In this document: positions 29,021 to 39,318 of the stretch, one piece after another
How the letters are laid out: every line of letters starts with the position of its first letter
How positions within the stretch are numbered: position 1 is the first letter of the stretch
Assembly (NCBI GenBank): GCA_963827275.1
Contig: CAWHAA010000004.1
Coordinates: forward strand, 192,001-256,000
From: an uncultured Spirochaetota bacterium
GTDB taxonomy: Bacteria; Spirochaetota; UBA4802; UBA5550
Direction: 5' to 3'
DNA length: 64,000 nucleotides
Program-made: the position numbers and the translations under genes
Notes under the pieces: model-generated
Told to the model about the DNA's origin: nothing
Databases searched by the model: none
The model's input: only the letters and a program-made list of their open reading frames with translations

Positions 29021-30844
29021 ATGAATGACAGTAACAGGTCCCGGAAGTTCATTGCGGCGGCGGTCCTGTATGCGGGGATCGCCCTCTCGTGCCTCGTTCT
29101 TCTCGCACTGGTGATGAAGCTGTGGAGGGCGGACCTTGCCGTTCCCTTCAGCTACCGCGGCGACGGCATCATGTGCGCCGAATGGGTCAAGTCCGTCGTC
29201 GATAACGGATGGTATATACGGAACGATCATGTCGGCATGCCGGGGGGGAAACATCTCGGCGATTTTCCCATGTCGGACAATCTCCATTATCTTCTCATCA
29301 AGCTGCTGTCCCTGTTCACGAACGACTGGGCCGTTGTCATAAACGTATTCTTCCTGCTCATGTTCCCGCTCATAGCAATGTCGGCCTATTGTGTCCTCCG
29401 GCGCTTCAGGATTTCGGCGCCGGGCGCGTACGCCGGGGCGGTCCTGTTCGCGTTCCTCCATTATCATTTCGTGCGGGGGATGGACCACATCTTCCTTTCG
29501 GCGTATTACCTTGTCCCCCCCGCGGTGCTGGTGGCAGTATGGCTGGCCTCGGGCGAGCTTACCGCGGTGGCCGCCGCCCCTGCCGGGGAGGGGGCGGGGA
29601 CGCCGAAGAAAAAAATGCTGGCGGCGGGCATCATCTGCTTTCTCGTCTCGGGCGCCGGCATCTACTACGCGTTTTTTACCTGCTTCTTCGTCATGCTCGC
29701 GGGGGCCCTCCGCTCCGTCCGGGAAAGGGGCCTGCGCCCCGCCATCGCCGCTGCCGCGCTGACGGCGGTCGTGGCGGTCGGCGGGATCATCAACCTCTCG
29801 CCGCACATCGCGTACCGGCTCGCCCATGGCAAAAACCCGGTGGCCACGGCCAGGGTGTATCACGAGGTGGAGCTGTACGCGCTCAAGGTGACGAGCCTGC
29901 TGATGCCGGCCTCCGATCACCGTATACCGGTGCTGGCCGCGCTGAAAGACCAGTATGTCCGCGAGTCAAGCTTCGTGCACCGGTTCACGGGCGAGGCGGA
30001 GAGCGCAAGCCTCGGCGTCATTGCCGGCGCCGGCTTTCTCTTCCTCGTTATCTTTCTCCTTATTAACAGGGGCAGGGACGACTTCGCCGACCCGGAACAG
30101 GGATACCGTTATTCGCTGCTGCGCATCCTGGCCATCTTCAACGCGGCCGCCCTGCTGCTTGCCGGCGTCGGCGGCTTCAACTCTTTCGTGGCCATCCTGC
30201 TGCGGTACATGATCCGCGTGTATGCCCGCATCAGCATTTTTATCGCCTTCTTCTCCATCGCGGCCGTGCTCCTGGTTGCCGAGCATGCGTTCGCCCGGTA
30301 CACTGCGTGCCGGCGGGACCGCGGGACTGCGGCGGTGATCGCCTCCGGCGTACTGGCGTTGCTCCTGGTGGCTGTGGGGCTGTTTGACCAGACCGCGCGG
30401 AGTTCCATGCCGAAGTATGAGGCGATTAATAAAAGCTTCCATGACGACCGGTCGTTTGTCGCAGCAATAGAAAAAATCATGCCGGAAAAGGCGATGATAT
30501 TCCAGCTTCCCTACATCGCGTATCCTGAGTCGCCGCATCCCGGCCGCATGGTCGTGTATGACCATTTCCGGGGCTATCTTCATTCCCGTGATCTGCGGTG
30601 GAGCTACGGCGCCATGAAGGGACGGGAAACGGACGCATGGCAGAAGTCGGTCGCCTCCCTTCCCGCGCCCGGGCTGCTGCGCCGGCTGAAGGCCAGCGGT
30701 TTTTCCGGGGTCTTTATTAACCGCCGGGGATATCAGGACAACGGCGCGGGGATCATCGGCGAGATCGGCAGGCTGACGGGGTCTCGCGCCGTCGAAAGCG
30801 CGAACGGGGAGCTCGTCTTTTTCGATATCCGCTCATCGCGGTAA
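29021..30844 (+). CDS. Polytopic membrane protein, probable GT-C fold glycosyltransferase
   Basis: GGAGG RBS; YRGDG...DNGWY...DFPMSD loop after TM1, YHFVRG, IRVYARISIFI, QLPY..YPE, WSYGAMKGR. Confidence 0.7.
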   Translation: MNDSNRSRKFIAAAVLYAGIALSCLVLLALVMKLWRADLAVPFSYRGDGIMCAEWVKSVVDNGWYIRNDHVGMPGGKHLGDFPMSDNLHYLLIKLLSLFTNDWAVVINVFFLLMFPLIAMSAYCVLRRFRISAPGAYAGAVLFAFLHYHFVRGMDHIFLSAYYLVPPAVLVAVWLASGELTAVAAAPAGEGAGTPKKKMLAAGIICFLVSGAGIYYAFFTCFFVMLAGALRSVRERGLRPAIAAAALTAVVAVGGIINLSPHIAYRLAHGKNPVATARVYHEVELYALKVTSLLMPASDHRIPVLAALKDQYVRESSFVHRFTGEAESASLGVIAGAGFLFLVIFLLINRGRDDFADPEQGYRYSLLRILAIFNAAALLLAGVGGFNSFVAILLRYMIRVYARISIFIAFFSIAAVLLVAEHAFARYTACRRDRGTAAVIASGVLALLLVAVGLFDQTARSSMPKYEAINKSFHDDRSFVAAIEKIMPEKAMIFQLPYIAYPESPHPGRMVVYDHFRGYLHSRDLRWSYGAMKGRETDAWQKSVASLPAPGLLRRLKASGFSGVFINRRGYQDNGAGIIGEIGRLTGSRAVESANGELVFFDIRSSR

Positions 30845-30893
30845 GGCCGCGCCCCGCTGCCGGGCCCGCCGCGCGGGAGAAGCCGCCGCAAAT

Positions 30894-30923
30894 AAAAAAC
30901 GCCGGGCTCCCGCCCGGCGTTTT
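30894..30923 (-). terminator. Intrinsic terminator of flaB, probably bidirectional
   Basis: AAAACGCCGGGC-TCCC-GCCCGGCGTTTT perfect hairpin with T-tracts on both strands between convergent genes. Confidence 0.85.
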
Positions 30924-30980
30924 GAATGACACTGTCCCGTTTCAATATTGATTAAGAAAGGATACGGGACTGGCTCAAAC

Positions 30981-31829
30981 TTATCTCAACAGCTCGAGGA
31001 TGGTCTGCGACTTCGCGTTCGCCTGCGCGAGCATCGACGTCGCCGCCTGCGTCAGGATCTGGTACCGCACGTAGGAGGTCATCTGCTCCGCCATGTCGGT
31101 ATCGCGGATCCGTGATTCGGACGCCTGCACGTTCTCGTACGCGTTCATGAGGCCCTTTGCCGCGTGCTCGAGACGGTTGTAGTACGCGCCCAGGTCCGCC
31201 CGCTGCTTGGAGATGATCCGCAGCGCCTCGTCCGCGAGGCCGATGACCGAGTTGGCCTTGCCCGGCGTCGAAATGGAAATGAAGGTGAGCACTGTCGGAT
31301 TCCTGAGGCCCAGCGCCGACGTGGACATGGTCTCGATGAAGACCCGCTCGCGCTGGTGCATGTTCGGCCCCATGTGGAACCACATCGACGCGGTCGGGTG
31401 GAGCCGCGCGAACGACCCGGTCAACAGCTTCATCTTGTTGAATTCGGCCTGTGAGGCGATCCGGTCGATTTCATCGACCAGCTCGGAGACCTCGACCTGG
31501 ATCAGCTGACGGTCTTCATGGGTGTAGATGCCGTTGGCCGCCTGGACGGCGAGCACGCGGACCCGCTGGATGATGCTGTGCACCTCTTCGAGGTACCCTT
31601 CGGCCGTCTGTATCATGGACATGCCGTCCTCGGTGTTCCGCTCGGCCTGCCTGAGGCCCTGGATCTGCGAGCGCATTTTTTCTGAAACCGCGAGACCGGA
31701 CGCGTCATCGCCGGCCTTGTTGATCCTCATGCCGGACGAGAGTTTTTCTATGTCTTTGGTGATGCTCCAGTCGTGAAACTTGAGGGTGCGGTGGGAGAAA
31801 ATTGCCGCAATGTTGTGGTTTATAATCAT
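30981..31829 (-). CDS. flaB: Flagellar filament core protein FlaB
   Basis: [56 protein letters not shown]; 282 aa without D2/D3, spirochaete type; AAGGAGG RBS. Confidence 0.97.
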   Translation of the reverse strand: MIINHNIAAIFSHRTLKFHDWSITKDIEKLSSGMRINKAGDDASGLAVSEKMRSQIQGLRQAERNTEDGMSMIQTAEGYLEEVHSIIQRVRVLAVQAANGIYTHEDRQLIQVEVSELVDEIDRIASQAEFNKMKLLTGSFARLHPTASMWFHMGPNMHQRERVFIETMSTSALGLRNPTVLTFISISTPGKANSVIGLADEALRIISKQRADLGAYYNRLEHAAKGLMNAYENVQASESRIRDTDMAEQMTSYVRYQILTQAATSMLAQANAKSQTILELLR

Positions 31830-31849
31830 ATTTTCCTCCTTGAAATTCC

Positions 31850-31871
31850 CCGTCATCATCCGTGATGACGG
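31850..31871 (-). promoter_or_regulatory. Putative CsrA-binding hairpin in the flaB 5' UTR
   Basis: mRNA reads CCGUCAUCA-CGGA-UGAUGACGG: 9-bp perfect stem with ACGGA at the loop, just upstream of a GGA-containing SD. Confidence 0.7.
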
Positions 31872-31980
31872 TGTTACATCTATATTTCTGATCTGAAATT
31901 CGTCATTGCCCGATCCTTTGGTGAATTTGAATATAGCCGTTTATAGTCATTTATAGTAAAATATATCAATATAACGCCAA

Positions 31981-32006
31981 ATATCGACCTGTTGTTATTA
32001 AATTGA
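31981..32006 (-). promoter_or_regulatory. Possible sigma28 promoter of flaB
   Basis: Minus strand TCAA-N14-GTCGATAT versus consensus TAAA-N15-GCCGATAA; spacer one base short. Confidence 0.35.
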
Positions 32007-32211
32007 TATTTTTATGGTTTTTGGCTTTTTATAAATAAACCTGGCATGACATCGCCGGTATGACATTTGTCTTGATTTTTTTTCATATTATTAATATGGA
32101 TACCTATTCCTCGTGCGCAGGCGCCGTGCATCGCCGGGCGATCGGACGACTGCGCGATCGATGCCGGCTTCCCGCGTGTCGATGGGAACCGTTACCGAGA
32201 GGTTTGAAAGG

Positions 32212-33726
32212 ATGAAGAAGATCGGATTTGATAATGAAAAGTATCTCAACCAGCAGAAAGACTCGATCCTCGAGCGGGTGAAGCTGTTCAACAATAAGCT
32301 GTACCTTGAGTTCGGCGGCAAGCTCATGTATGATTACCACGCCGCGCGGGTGCTCCCCGGATATGACCCCAACGTGAAGATGCGCCTTTTGCAGATGCTC
32401 TCCGACAAGGCGGATATTATTCTCTGCATATACGCCGGTGACATTGAGCGCAAGAAGGTCCGGGCGGATTTCGGCATTACCTACGACGCCGACGCCCTGA
32501 AGCTGATCGACGATTTGCGCGACTGGGGCATCAACATCCTCGCGGTCGTGATCACGCGGTTTGAGAACCAGCCCGCGGCGAGCATATTCAGGAACAAGCT
32601 CGAGCGGCAGAACGTCAAGGTGTACACCCACCGCTACACCAAGGGGTATCCCACGGACGTGGACCTGGTGGTGAGCGACGAGGGGTACGGCGCGAACGAT
32701 TACATCGAGACCACGAGCCCGCTGGTGGTGGTGACCGGCCCGGGACCGGGGAGCGGCAAGATGGGCACGTGCCTGTCGCAGGTGTACCACGACCACAAGC
32801 GGGGCGTGGAGAGCGGGTACGCGAAATTCGAGACCTTCCCGATCTGGAACATCCCGCTGAAGCACCCGGTGAACATAGCGTACGAGGCGGCGACCGCGGA
32901 CATCGGCGATTTCAATCTTATCGACCCCTTCCACCAGGAGGCCTACGGCGAAATATCCATCAATTACAACCGCGACGTCGAGACCTTCCCGGTGCTCAGG
33001 AGGATCCTGGAAAGAATTATCGGGTCGAAGACCCTGTACCGCTCCCCGACCGACATGGGGGTGAACCGCGCCGGGTTCGGCATCGTGGACGACGACGTCG
33101 TGCGCGAGGCGGCCCGGCAGGAGGTGATACGGCGCTTTTTCCGCTATTCCTGCGAGTACGCGATCGGTTTCGCGAGCAGGGAAACCGTCCAGAAGGTGGA
33201 GCTCCTGATGGACGAGCTGTCGATCAGGCCCGAGGACCGCATCGTGGTCGGGCCGGCGCGGAACGCCGCGGTCGAGGCGCGCGAGAAGGGGAAGGGCAAG
33301 GAGGGGATCTGCTGCGGGGCGGCCATCGAGCTCCAGGACGGCTCCATCATTACGGGAAAAAATTCCGACCTGTTCCACGCTTCGCCGAGCCTTATCCTGA
33401 ACGCGATCAAGAGGCTCGCGGGGGTACCCGACCGGATCCATCTCCTTTCCCCGCAGATCATCGAGTCAATCGGGAAGATGAAGGGGGATGTGCTGGGGGC
33501 CAGGTCGGTGAGCCTCGACCTCGAGGAGACCCTGATCGCCCTGAGCATCTGCGCCGCGACGAACCCGACGGCGCTCGCCGCCATGGAGAAGCTCACTGAG
33601 CTCGCGAACTGCGAGATGCACATGACGCATATCCCGACGCCGGGAGACGAGGCGGGCCTCCGGAAGCTCGGGATCAACGTCACGACGGAGCCCTATTTTT
33701 CAAGCACGTGCCTGTTTGTCGCGTAG
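32212..33726 (+). CDS. DUF1846 (UPF0371) family P-loop protein
   Basis: GFDNEKYL, KLYLEFGGKL, GPGSGK, YAKFETFPIWN, NYNRDVE, SPTDMGVN. Confidence 0.88.
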   Translation: MKKIGFDNEKYLNQQKDSILERVKLFNNKLYLEFGGKLMYDYHAARVLPGYDPNVKMRLLQMLSDKADIILCIYAGDIERKKVRADFGITYDADALKLIDDLRDWGINILAVVITRFENQPAASIFRNKLERQNVKVYTHRYTKGYPTDVDLVVSDEGYGANDYIETTSPLVVVTGPGPGSGKMGTCLSQVYHDHKRGVESGYAKFETFPIWNIPLKHPVNIAYEAATADIGDFNLIDPFHQEAYGEISINYNRDVETFPVLRRILERIIGSKTLYRSPTDMGVNRAGFGIVDDDVVREAARQEVIRRFFRYSCEYAIGFASRETVQKVELLMDELSIRPEDRIVVGPARNAAVEAREKGKGKEGICCGAAIELQDGSIITGKNSDLFHASPSLILNAIKRLAGVPDRIHLLSPQIIESIGKMKGDVLGARSVSLDLEETLIALSICAATNPTALAAMEKLTELANCEMHMTHIPTPGDEAGLRKLGINVTTEPYFSSTCLFVA

Positions 33727-33727
33727 C

Positions 33728-33756
33728 GGCGGGGGGCGGGCCGTCCGCCCCCGCCA
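33728..33756 (+). terminator. GC-rich hairpin after DUF1846 gene (no U-tract)
   Basis: GGCGGGGGGCGG-GCCGT-CCGCCCCCCGCC 12-bp perfect stem. Confidence 0.45.
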
Positions 33757-33820
33757 TGATAAGTATATACGGCCGGCCCGATGCGCGGGAGGCGCGCCGG
33801 CACCATTCAAGGAGGGTCAT

Positions 33821-34441
33821 ATGAGCAAGCTCGTCAAGTACTTCGGGGTCAACTACAAGAAGGGCGACCGCATTTTCCGCGAGGGCGACCCGGCCGACGT
33901 CATGTACATGATTCACAAGGGGAAGGTGCAGATCAGCAAGGGCGCCGGCTCCTTCAATGAGAAGATACGGATCCTCGGCGAGGGGGAGTTCATCGGGGAG
34001 ATGGCGGTCATCAATTCCATGCCCCGCTCTGCGAGCGCCATCGCGGTCGAGGACTGCGTCCTGATCAAGATGGACCGCGAATCGTTCGACGAGACCGTCC
34101 AGAAAAACCACGAGTTTTCCGTGAGCGTGATCAAGCTCCTGTCGGAGCGGCTGCGCGAGACGGACGAGCTCCTCATGGGGTACGTGAAGCCCGCCCGCGA
34201 ATGGAAGCTCTACACCGAGATGCTGGCGGACATGCTGGCGGCGGGTAAGCGGGACGGCTCGGGCAGGTGGGCCCTTCTGAAAAAGGGCCCCTTTGTCACG
34301 GGCGCTGCAAAGCGGCTGAAATGGAGCACCCGGGACGTCCAGTCCGTCATCGGCGAGCTCATTTCCTCGGGCAGGATCACGGTCAAGAAGGACCGGGAAG
34401 GAAACGAGTGGCTTGCCTTCGATACCGTGAGGAACGCGTAG
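33821..34441 (+). CDS. cNMP-binding domain protein, Crp/Fnr-like
   Basis: IFREGD...MY.I..G.V, GEFIGEMA..PRSASA; AAGGAGG RBS; possible C-terminal winged helix. Confidence 0.85.
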   Translation: MSKLVKYFGVNYKKGDRIFREGDPADVMYMIHKGKVQISKGAGSFNEKIRILGEGEFIGEMAVINSMPRSASAIAVEDCVLIKMDRESFDETVQKNHEFSVSVIKLLSERLRETDELLMGYVKPAREWKLYTEMLADMLAAGKRDGSGRWALLKKGPFVTGAAKRLKWSTRDVQSVIGELISSGRITVKKDREGNEWLAFDTVRNA

Positions 34442-34471
34442 CGGCCGCCGCACGCCCCGCGGCGCCCGGCC

Positions 34472-35731
34472 CTACTCGGTGTCCGGGTAGCGTTTCATGA
34501 TTGAGCGTATCACGTCCAGGCTGTCGAAAAATATATCAACCAGCTCCGGGTCGAACTTTTTTCCGGACATGTTGCGTATCTCCTCGAGCACCGATTTTTC
34601 GTCCCATGCGTCCTTGTACACCCGCTTCGACGACAGCGCGTCGAACACGTCGGCAAGCGCCACGATCCTGCCGAAGATGGGGATCTCCTCTCCCTTCAGG
34701 GCAACGGCCGTTCCGTCGGCATTTTTTTCCAGCGGCTCGCCGGTTTCCACGTCAATCTTTCCCGGATAGCCCGTGCCGTCCCAGTTCTCGTGGTGGGTGA
34801 GGGCGACCTCGGCGGACATCTCGTCAAATTCTGATTGGCGGTACTTGAAGAGCCGCGCGCCCTGGAAGGAGTGGGTCTTCATGATATTGAATTCTTCCGG
34901 GGTGAAGCGTGACGGCTTCTTGAGGATGAGGTCGGAAACCGCGACCTTGCCCACGTCGTGGAGCATGGCCGCCATGCGGAGGATGTCTTTTTTCTGCTCC
35001 ACCTCGGCACGGGGTATCTTTTTCCGCTCCGACCATGCCTCGTACAGCTCCACCGAATAGGTGGCGACCCTGTTGACATGGGGGCCGGTCTCCTTCGGGT
35101 CGCGCAGCTCCGCCATGCTGATCATCCTGAGGATGAGCGCCCGCGTCATCTGCGCCCTCTGTAAAATCATGCTGGCGATGTTGGCGAAGTGGAGGGCGAT
35201 CATCTCGTCCGATGCGTCGAAGGGGCCGCAGTTCAGCGCGCCGTTATTGGCGCACCTGCCATCGTCGCCGGGCGCGGCCGCGTTGATGATCTGCATTACG
35301 CCCAGCACTTCGTCCCGGTTGTTTTTCAGCGGGATGGTAATCATCGACCTGGTCAGGTAGCCGGATTTCTGGTCGCTCGTGGGATCGAACCGGTACGGCG
35401 CGTCGGCCGGGATTTTGTACGCGTCGGGGATGTTCAGTATCTCCCCCGTGAGCGCGGCGTAGCCGGAGATGGAGCTCTTGTTTATTTTCGTCCGGTACGT
35501 GGTATAGGGGAGCTTCTGGCCCGGAGGGAGCTTCCTCTGCAGGGATTCGGTCTGCACGTGGGAGAAGACAAGCTCGTCGCCTTCCCGTATCTGTATCGAT
35601 CCCGCGTCCGCGTTCAGGATCCCCCGTGCCTCGGTCAGGATCTTTTCCAGGAGTATGTCCAGGTCGTGCACGGTGTTGAGTTCAGTGCTGAGGCGGATAA
35701 TATCGTTAAGTTTTTTTGAGGTGTCGTACAT
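34472..35731 (-). CDS. GAF + HD-GYP cyclic dinucleotide phosphodiesterase
   Basis: GAF N-terminus; RDPKETGPHVNRV, LHDVGK, HHENWDGTGYP, ADVFDALSSKRVYK. Confidence 0.92.
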   Translation of the reverse strand: MYDTSKKLNDIIRLSTELNTVHDLDILLEKILTEARGILNADAGSIQIREGDELVFSHVQTESLQRKLPPGQKLPYTTYRTKINKSSISGYAALTGEILNIPDAYKIPADAPYRFDPTSDQKSGYLTRSMITIPLKNNRDEVLGVMQIINAAAPGDDGRCANNGALNCGPFDASDEMIALHFANIASMILQRAQMTRALILRMISMAELRDPKETGPHVNRVATYSVELYEAWSERKKIPRAEVEQKKDILRMAAMLHDVGKVAVSDLILKKPSRFTPEEFNIMKTHSFQGARLFKYRQSEFDEMSAEVALTHHENWDGTGYPGKIDVETGEPLEKNADGTAVALKGEEIPIFGRIVALADVFDALSSKRVYKDAWDEKSVLEEIRNMSGKKFDPELVDIFFDSLDVIRSIMKRYPDTE

Positions 35732-35990
35732 TGGCGGTCCCGTGATTGATTTTTCGGTTTTACTATAGCGGGCCGTCGCCATTTTAGCAATAACTTTTTT
35801 CACCGGCCGTGGCCGGGCAGGATGTTTTCCGGCATAGGCGCTATTATTTCAGGCAGGTAAAATTAGCCGGCAAACACCATAAAATTGATGCACGCGGCGG
35901 CGCCGGGATACTATATTGTCAAATGACGATGCGTGCGGGTTTACAGCCGCGCGATCGATTTTCAAAACAAGATATCTGACGGTATTCTCT

Positions 35991-37538
35991 ATGACGCTGG
36001 ATACGTGTACCATATCGCGGGAAGTCAGGGAGCTGACCCTGCTTTTTGAAGTGAGCCGGGCCCTCGGTGAAACGATGGACCTGAAGATCGTATTGCCCCC
36101 TGTGCTTAAGATGCTTGCCGACCACATGGGGATGATCCGCGGCTCCCTTACGATACTGAACAGAAAGACCGACGAGATCGTCATAGAGGAAGCGTACGGC
36201 CTCACGCCCGAGGAGCGGGAGAAGGGGCGCTACTGCGTCGGCGAGGGGGTCACCGGCAGGGTGGTGGAGACCGGCCAGCCCGCCGTGGTGCCCAGCATAT
36301 CGGACGAGCCGCTCTTTCTCAACCGCACGGGATCGCGGGAGGATCTCGACAAGCGAAACATCGCGTTCATCTGCGTTCCGATTAAAATCGGCAGCGAGGT
36401 CATCGGCGCCCTGTCGGTGGACCGCCTCTTTGACGAGAACATTTCCCTGGAAGAGGACGTGCGGCTCCTGACGATCGTCGCCTCGAGCGTCTCCCAGGCG
36501 GTGCGGCTGCGGCAGCTCGCCCAGGAGGAGGTCGAGAAGCTCCGCGAGGAGAACCGCCGGCTGCACGACGAGCTGAAGAGCGCCAACCGCCCGGATTCCA
36601 TCATCGGCAACTCCCATGCGATGCTCGAAGTCTATTCCCTCATCGAGCGGGTGCGCAACACGAACACCACGGTGATGATCCTCGGCGAAAGCGGCGTGGG
36701 CAAAGAGAAGGTGGCCCAGGCCATCCACTACGGATCGAACCGGGCCGACCGGCCGTTCGTCGCGGTGAACTGCGCGGCCCTCCCCGAGTCGCTGGTCGAA
36801 AGCGAGCTCTTCGGGTACGAGCGGGGCGCTTTTACCGGAGCCGCCGCGACCCGCAAGGGCCGGTTCGAGCTGGCCGACGGCGGCACGCTGTTCCTCGACG
36901 AGATGGGCGATCTCCCCTACCTGATGCAGATCAAGCTGCTCAGGGTGATCCAGGAGCGGTCGTTCGAGCGGATCGGCGGCGCGTCGACCATCTCCGTGGA
37001 TGTCCGGATCATCGTGGCGACGAACCGTGACCTCGAGGCCCTGGTGGCCGAGGGCAAGTTCAGGGAGGACCTCTACTATCGCCTCAACGTGTTTCCGATC
37101 GTGGTGCCGCCGCTCCGGGAGCGGAAATCGGACCTCACGCTGCTCGCCGACAGCTTCGTCGAACGGTACGCCGGACGCCACGGCAAAAAGGTGACGCGCA
37201 TTTCCACACCCGCCATCGATATGCTGATGTCGTACCACTGGCCCGGGAACGTCCGTGAGCTTGAGAACTGTATCGAGCGCGCGGTCATCCTGAGCACCGA
37301 CGGCGTCATTCATTCCTACCACCTTCCCCCGAGCCTGCAGCGGGCGGGAGCGGCGCGAGCGGAGCGGGGCGGATCGCTCAGGGAAATGATCGGCAACATA
37401 GAAAGGGAAATCATCGTCGAGGAGCTCAAGCGGTCACAGGGGAACATGTCGAAGGCGGCGCGGGCCCTCGGCATCACCGAGCGGATCATGGGTCTTCGTG
37501 TGAATAAATTCGGCATCAACCTTGAGCGGTTCAGGTGA
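35991..37538 (+). CDS. NifA-like sigma54-dependent activator (GAF-AAA+-HTH)
   Basis: GAF with GEGVTGRV and [47 protein letters not shown]-terminal Fis HTH. Confidence 0.92.
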   Translation: MTLDTCTISREVRELTLLFEVSRALGETMDLKIVLPPVLKMLADHMGMIRGSLTILNRKTDEIVIEEAYGLTPEEREKGRYCVGEGVTGRVVETGQPAVVPSISDEPLFLNRTGSREDLDKRNIAFICVPIKIGSEVIGALSVDRLFDENISLEEDVRLLTIVASSVSQAVRLRQLAQEEVEKLREENRRLHDELKSANRPDSIIGNSHAMLEVYSLIERVRNTNTTVMILGESGVGKEKVAQAIHYGSNRADRPFVAVNCAALPESLVESELFGYERGAFTGAAATRKGRFELADGGTLFLDEMGDLPYLMQIKLLRVIQERSFERIGGASTISVDVRIIVATNRDLEALVAEGKFREDLYYRLNVFPIVVPPLRERKSDLTLLADSFVERYAGRHGKKVTRISTPAIDMLMSYHWPGNVRELENCIERAVILSTDGVIHSYHLPPSLQRAGAARAERGGSLREMIGNIEREIIVEELKRSQGNMSKAARALGITERIMGLRVNKFGINLERFR

Positions 37539-37554
37539 CGATGCCCGCTGCAAA

Positions 37555-37601
37555 GCTACATTAATGTGGCACACGGTGCGGCAGTCATTCATTAATGTAG
37601 C
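37555..37601. promoter_or_regulatory. Twin palindromic enhancer-like sites (core CATTAATG, consensus GCTACATTAATGTAGC)
   Basis: GCTACATTAATGTGGC at 37555-37570 and CATTAATGTAGC at 37590-37601; centres 31 bp apart; about 170-200 bp upstream of the sigma54 promoter. Confidence 0.65.
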
Positions 37602-37761
37602 GTTTTTTCCCTCCCGGCATTTTCCGCGAACGCGCATGCCTGAAACATGCATCCGCCCCGCTCGTCCGTTATCGACATTCCTCATGAAAAAAACCTTCTG
37701 TATTACAGCCATGTTAACTATCCGCGACATTGCGCCCTGATTTTCCGTCAGGCTGCTCATC

Positions 37762-37777
37762 TGGCACGCTTCCTGCA
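37762..37777 (+). promoter_or_regulatory. Sigma54 (-24/-12) promoter of amtB-glnK
   Basis: TGGCACGCTTCCTGCA: GG-N10-GC spacing, near consensus. Confidence 0.88.
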
Positions 37778-37874
37778 TTATATATCAGGTATGTATGAAT
37801 TTCCGGCGGACCGCTTTGACGCGGTTTTTCAAAGGACAGTTCACATACACTATCATTAGTTTCGTGGAGGACAT

Positions 37875-39299
37875 ATGAGCAAGGTTTTTACAAGAGTGTC
37901 GCTGGCGCTGGTTATCTGCGCCGTAGCGATGAAGGGTTTCGGCGCTGAAACCGCGCCCGCCGCGGCCGTCACGCCGGATGCGCTGGAGGCATTCAAGAAT
38001 TCGATGCGGGTGGGCGTCGATACTGTCTGGGTGCTCTTCACCGCGTTTCTGGTTTTTTTCATGAACCTCGGGTTCGCCATGGTGGAATCCGGGCTCTGCC
38101 GGGCCAAGAACTCGGTCAACATCCTGGCCAAGAACTTTATCGTCTTCGCCATCGCGTCGGTATCCTTCTGGATGATCGGATGGGGCCTGATGTACGGCAA
38201 CGGCAATCCGTTCGTCGGCCTGGAGGGGCTCCTCTTTGCGTCCGGCGCCGACAACAGCCCGGCGACCGGCGACGCCTACAAGGGCGTGTACGCGGCCCTC
38301 AACTGGACCGGCGTGCCCCTCTGGGCGAAATTTTTCTTTCAACTGGTCTTTGCCGGCACCGCGGCGACCATCGTTTCCGGCGCTGTGGCGGAGCGTATCA
38401 AGTTCAAGTCGTTCGTCGTCTTTTCGTTCATCCTGGTCGGCGTGCTGTACCCGGTCACCGGGCACTGGATCTGGGGCGGCGGCTGGCTGCAGTCCCTCGG
38501 GATGTTTGACTTCGCCGGCTCGTCCGTCGTCCATTCTGTGGGCGGCTGGGCAGCGCTCGCGGGCGTCATCCTTCTCGGCCCGCGCTTCGGCAAGTACCGG
38601 GCCGACGGGTCCGTGAACCCGATTTTCGGCCACAGCATGCCGATGGTGACCCTGGGCGGACTCGTGCTCTGGTTCGGCTGGTTCGGCTTTAACCCCGGAT
38701 CGACCATGTCCGTCGGCGACGGCAGCGCCATCGCGCATGTCGCGGTTACCACCAACACCGCGGCCGCCACGGCGATCCTGAGCTCGACCCTCGCGTCATG
38801 GGCCCTGCAGAAGAAGCCGGACCTCTCCATGATTATCAACGGCGCGCTGGCCGGCCTGGTCGCCATCACCGCGCCCTGCGCCTTCGTCAGCGTCGGGTCC
38901 GCGGCGGTCATCGGGCTCATCGCGGGCGTGCTGGTCGTGTTCGCGGTCATCATGTTCGACAGGCTCAGGCTCGACGACCCGGTAGGCGCCCTGTCGGTGC
39001 ACCTGGTCAACGGCGTCTTCGGCACACTGGCGGTCGGTCTGTTCGCGCAGGACGGGATCACCGGCACCGCGACGGGCAATGGCCTCTTCTTCGGCGGCGG
39101 CCTGAAGCTCCTCGGGGCGCAGGCCATCGGCGTGGCCGCGGTGGGGGCCTTCACGTTTACCGCGGCCCTGGCCGTCTGGTTTGTCATCAGGCTGGTCATG
39201 GGGATCAAGGTCTCCCGCGAGGAGGAGATCCAGGGCCTGGATCTCGGCGAGCACGGCATGAAGGCGTATCCCGATTTTCAGGGATTCTTAACCAAGTAA
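37875..39299 (+). CDS. amtB: Ammonium transporter
   Basis: Signal peptide; [61 protein letters not shown]. Confidence 0.97.
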   Translation: MSKVFTRVSLALVICAVAMKGFGAETAPAAAVTPDALEAFKNSMRVGVDTVWVLFTAFLVFFMNLGFAMVESGLCRAKNSVNILAKNFIVFAIASVSFWMIGWGLMYGNGNPFVGLEGLLFASGADNSPATGDAYKGVYAALNWTGVPLWAKFFFQLVFAGTAATIVSGAVAERIKFKSFVVFSFILVGVLYPVTGHWIWGGGWLQSLGMFDFAGSSVVHSVGGWAALAGVILLGPRFGKYRADGSVNPIFGHSMPMVTLGGLVLWFGWFGFNPGSTMSVGDGSAIAHVAVTTNTAAATAILSSTLASWALQKKPDLSMIINGALAGLVAITAPCAFVSVGSAAVIGLIAGVLVVFAVIMFDRLRLDDPVGALSVHLVNGVFGTLAVGLFAQDGITGTATGNGLFFGGGLKLLGAQAIGVAAVGAFTFTAALAVWFVIRLVMGIKVSREEEIQGLDLGEHGMKAYPDFQGFLTK

Positions 39300-39318
39300 C
39301 CATAAAGGAGATAGCACG

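Noticed and set aside
35991..37538. Calling the activator nifA and inferring nitrogen fixation
   Set aside because: No nif genes in the window and no TGT-N10-ACA at the enhancer; only the domain architecture is NifA-like
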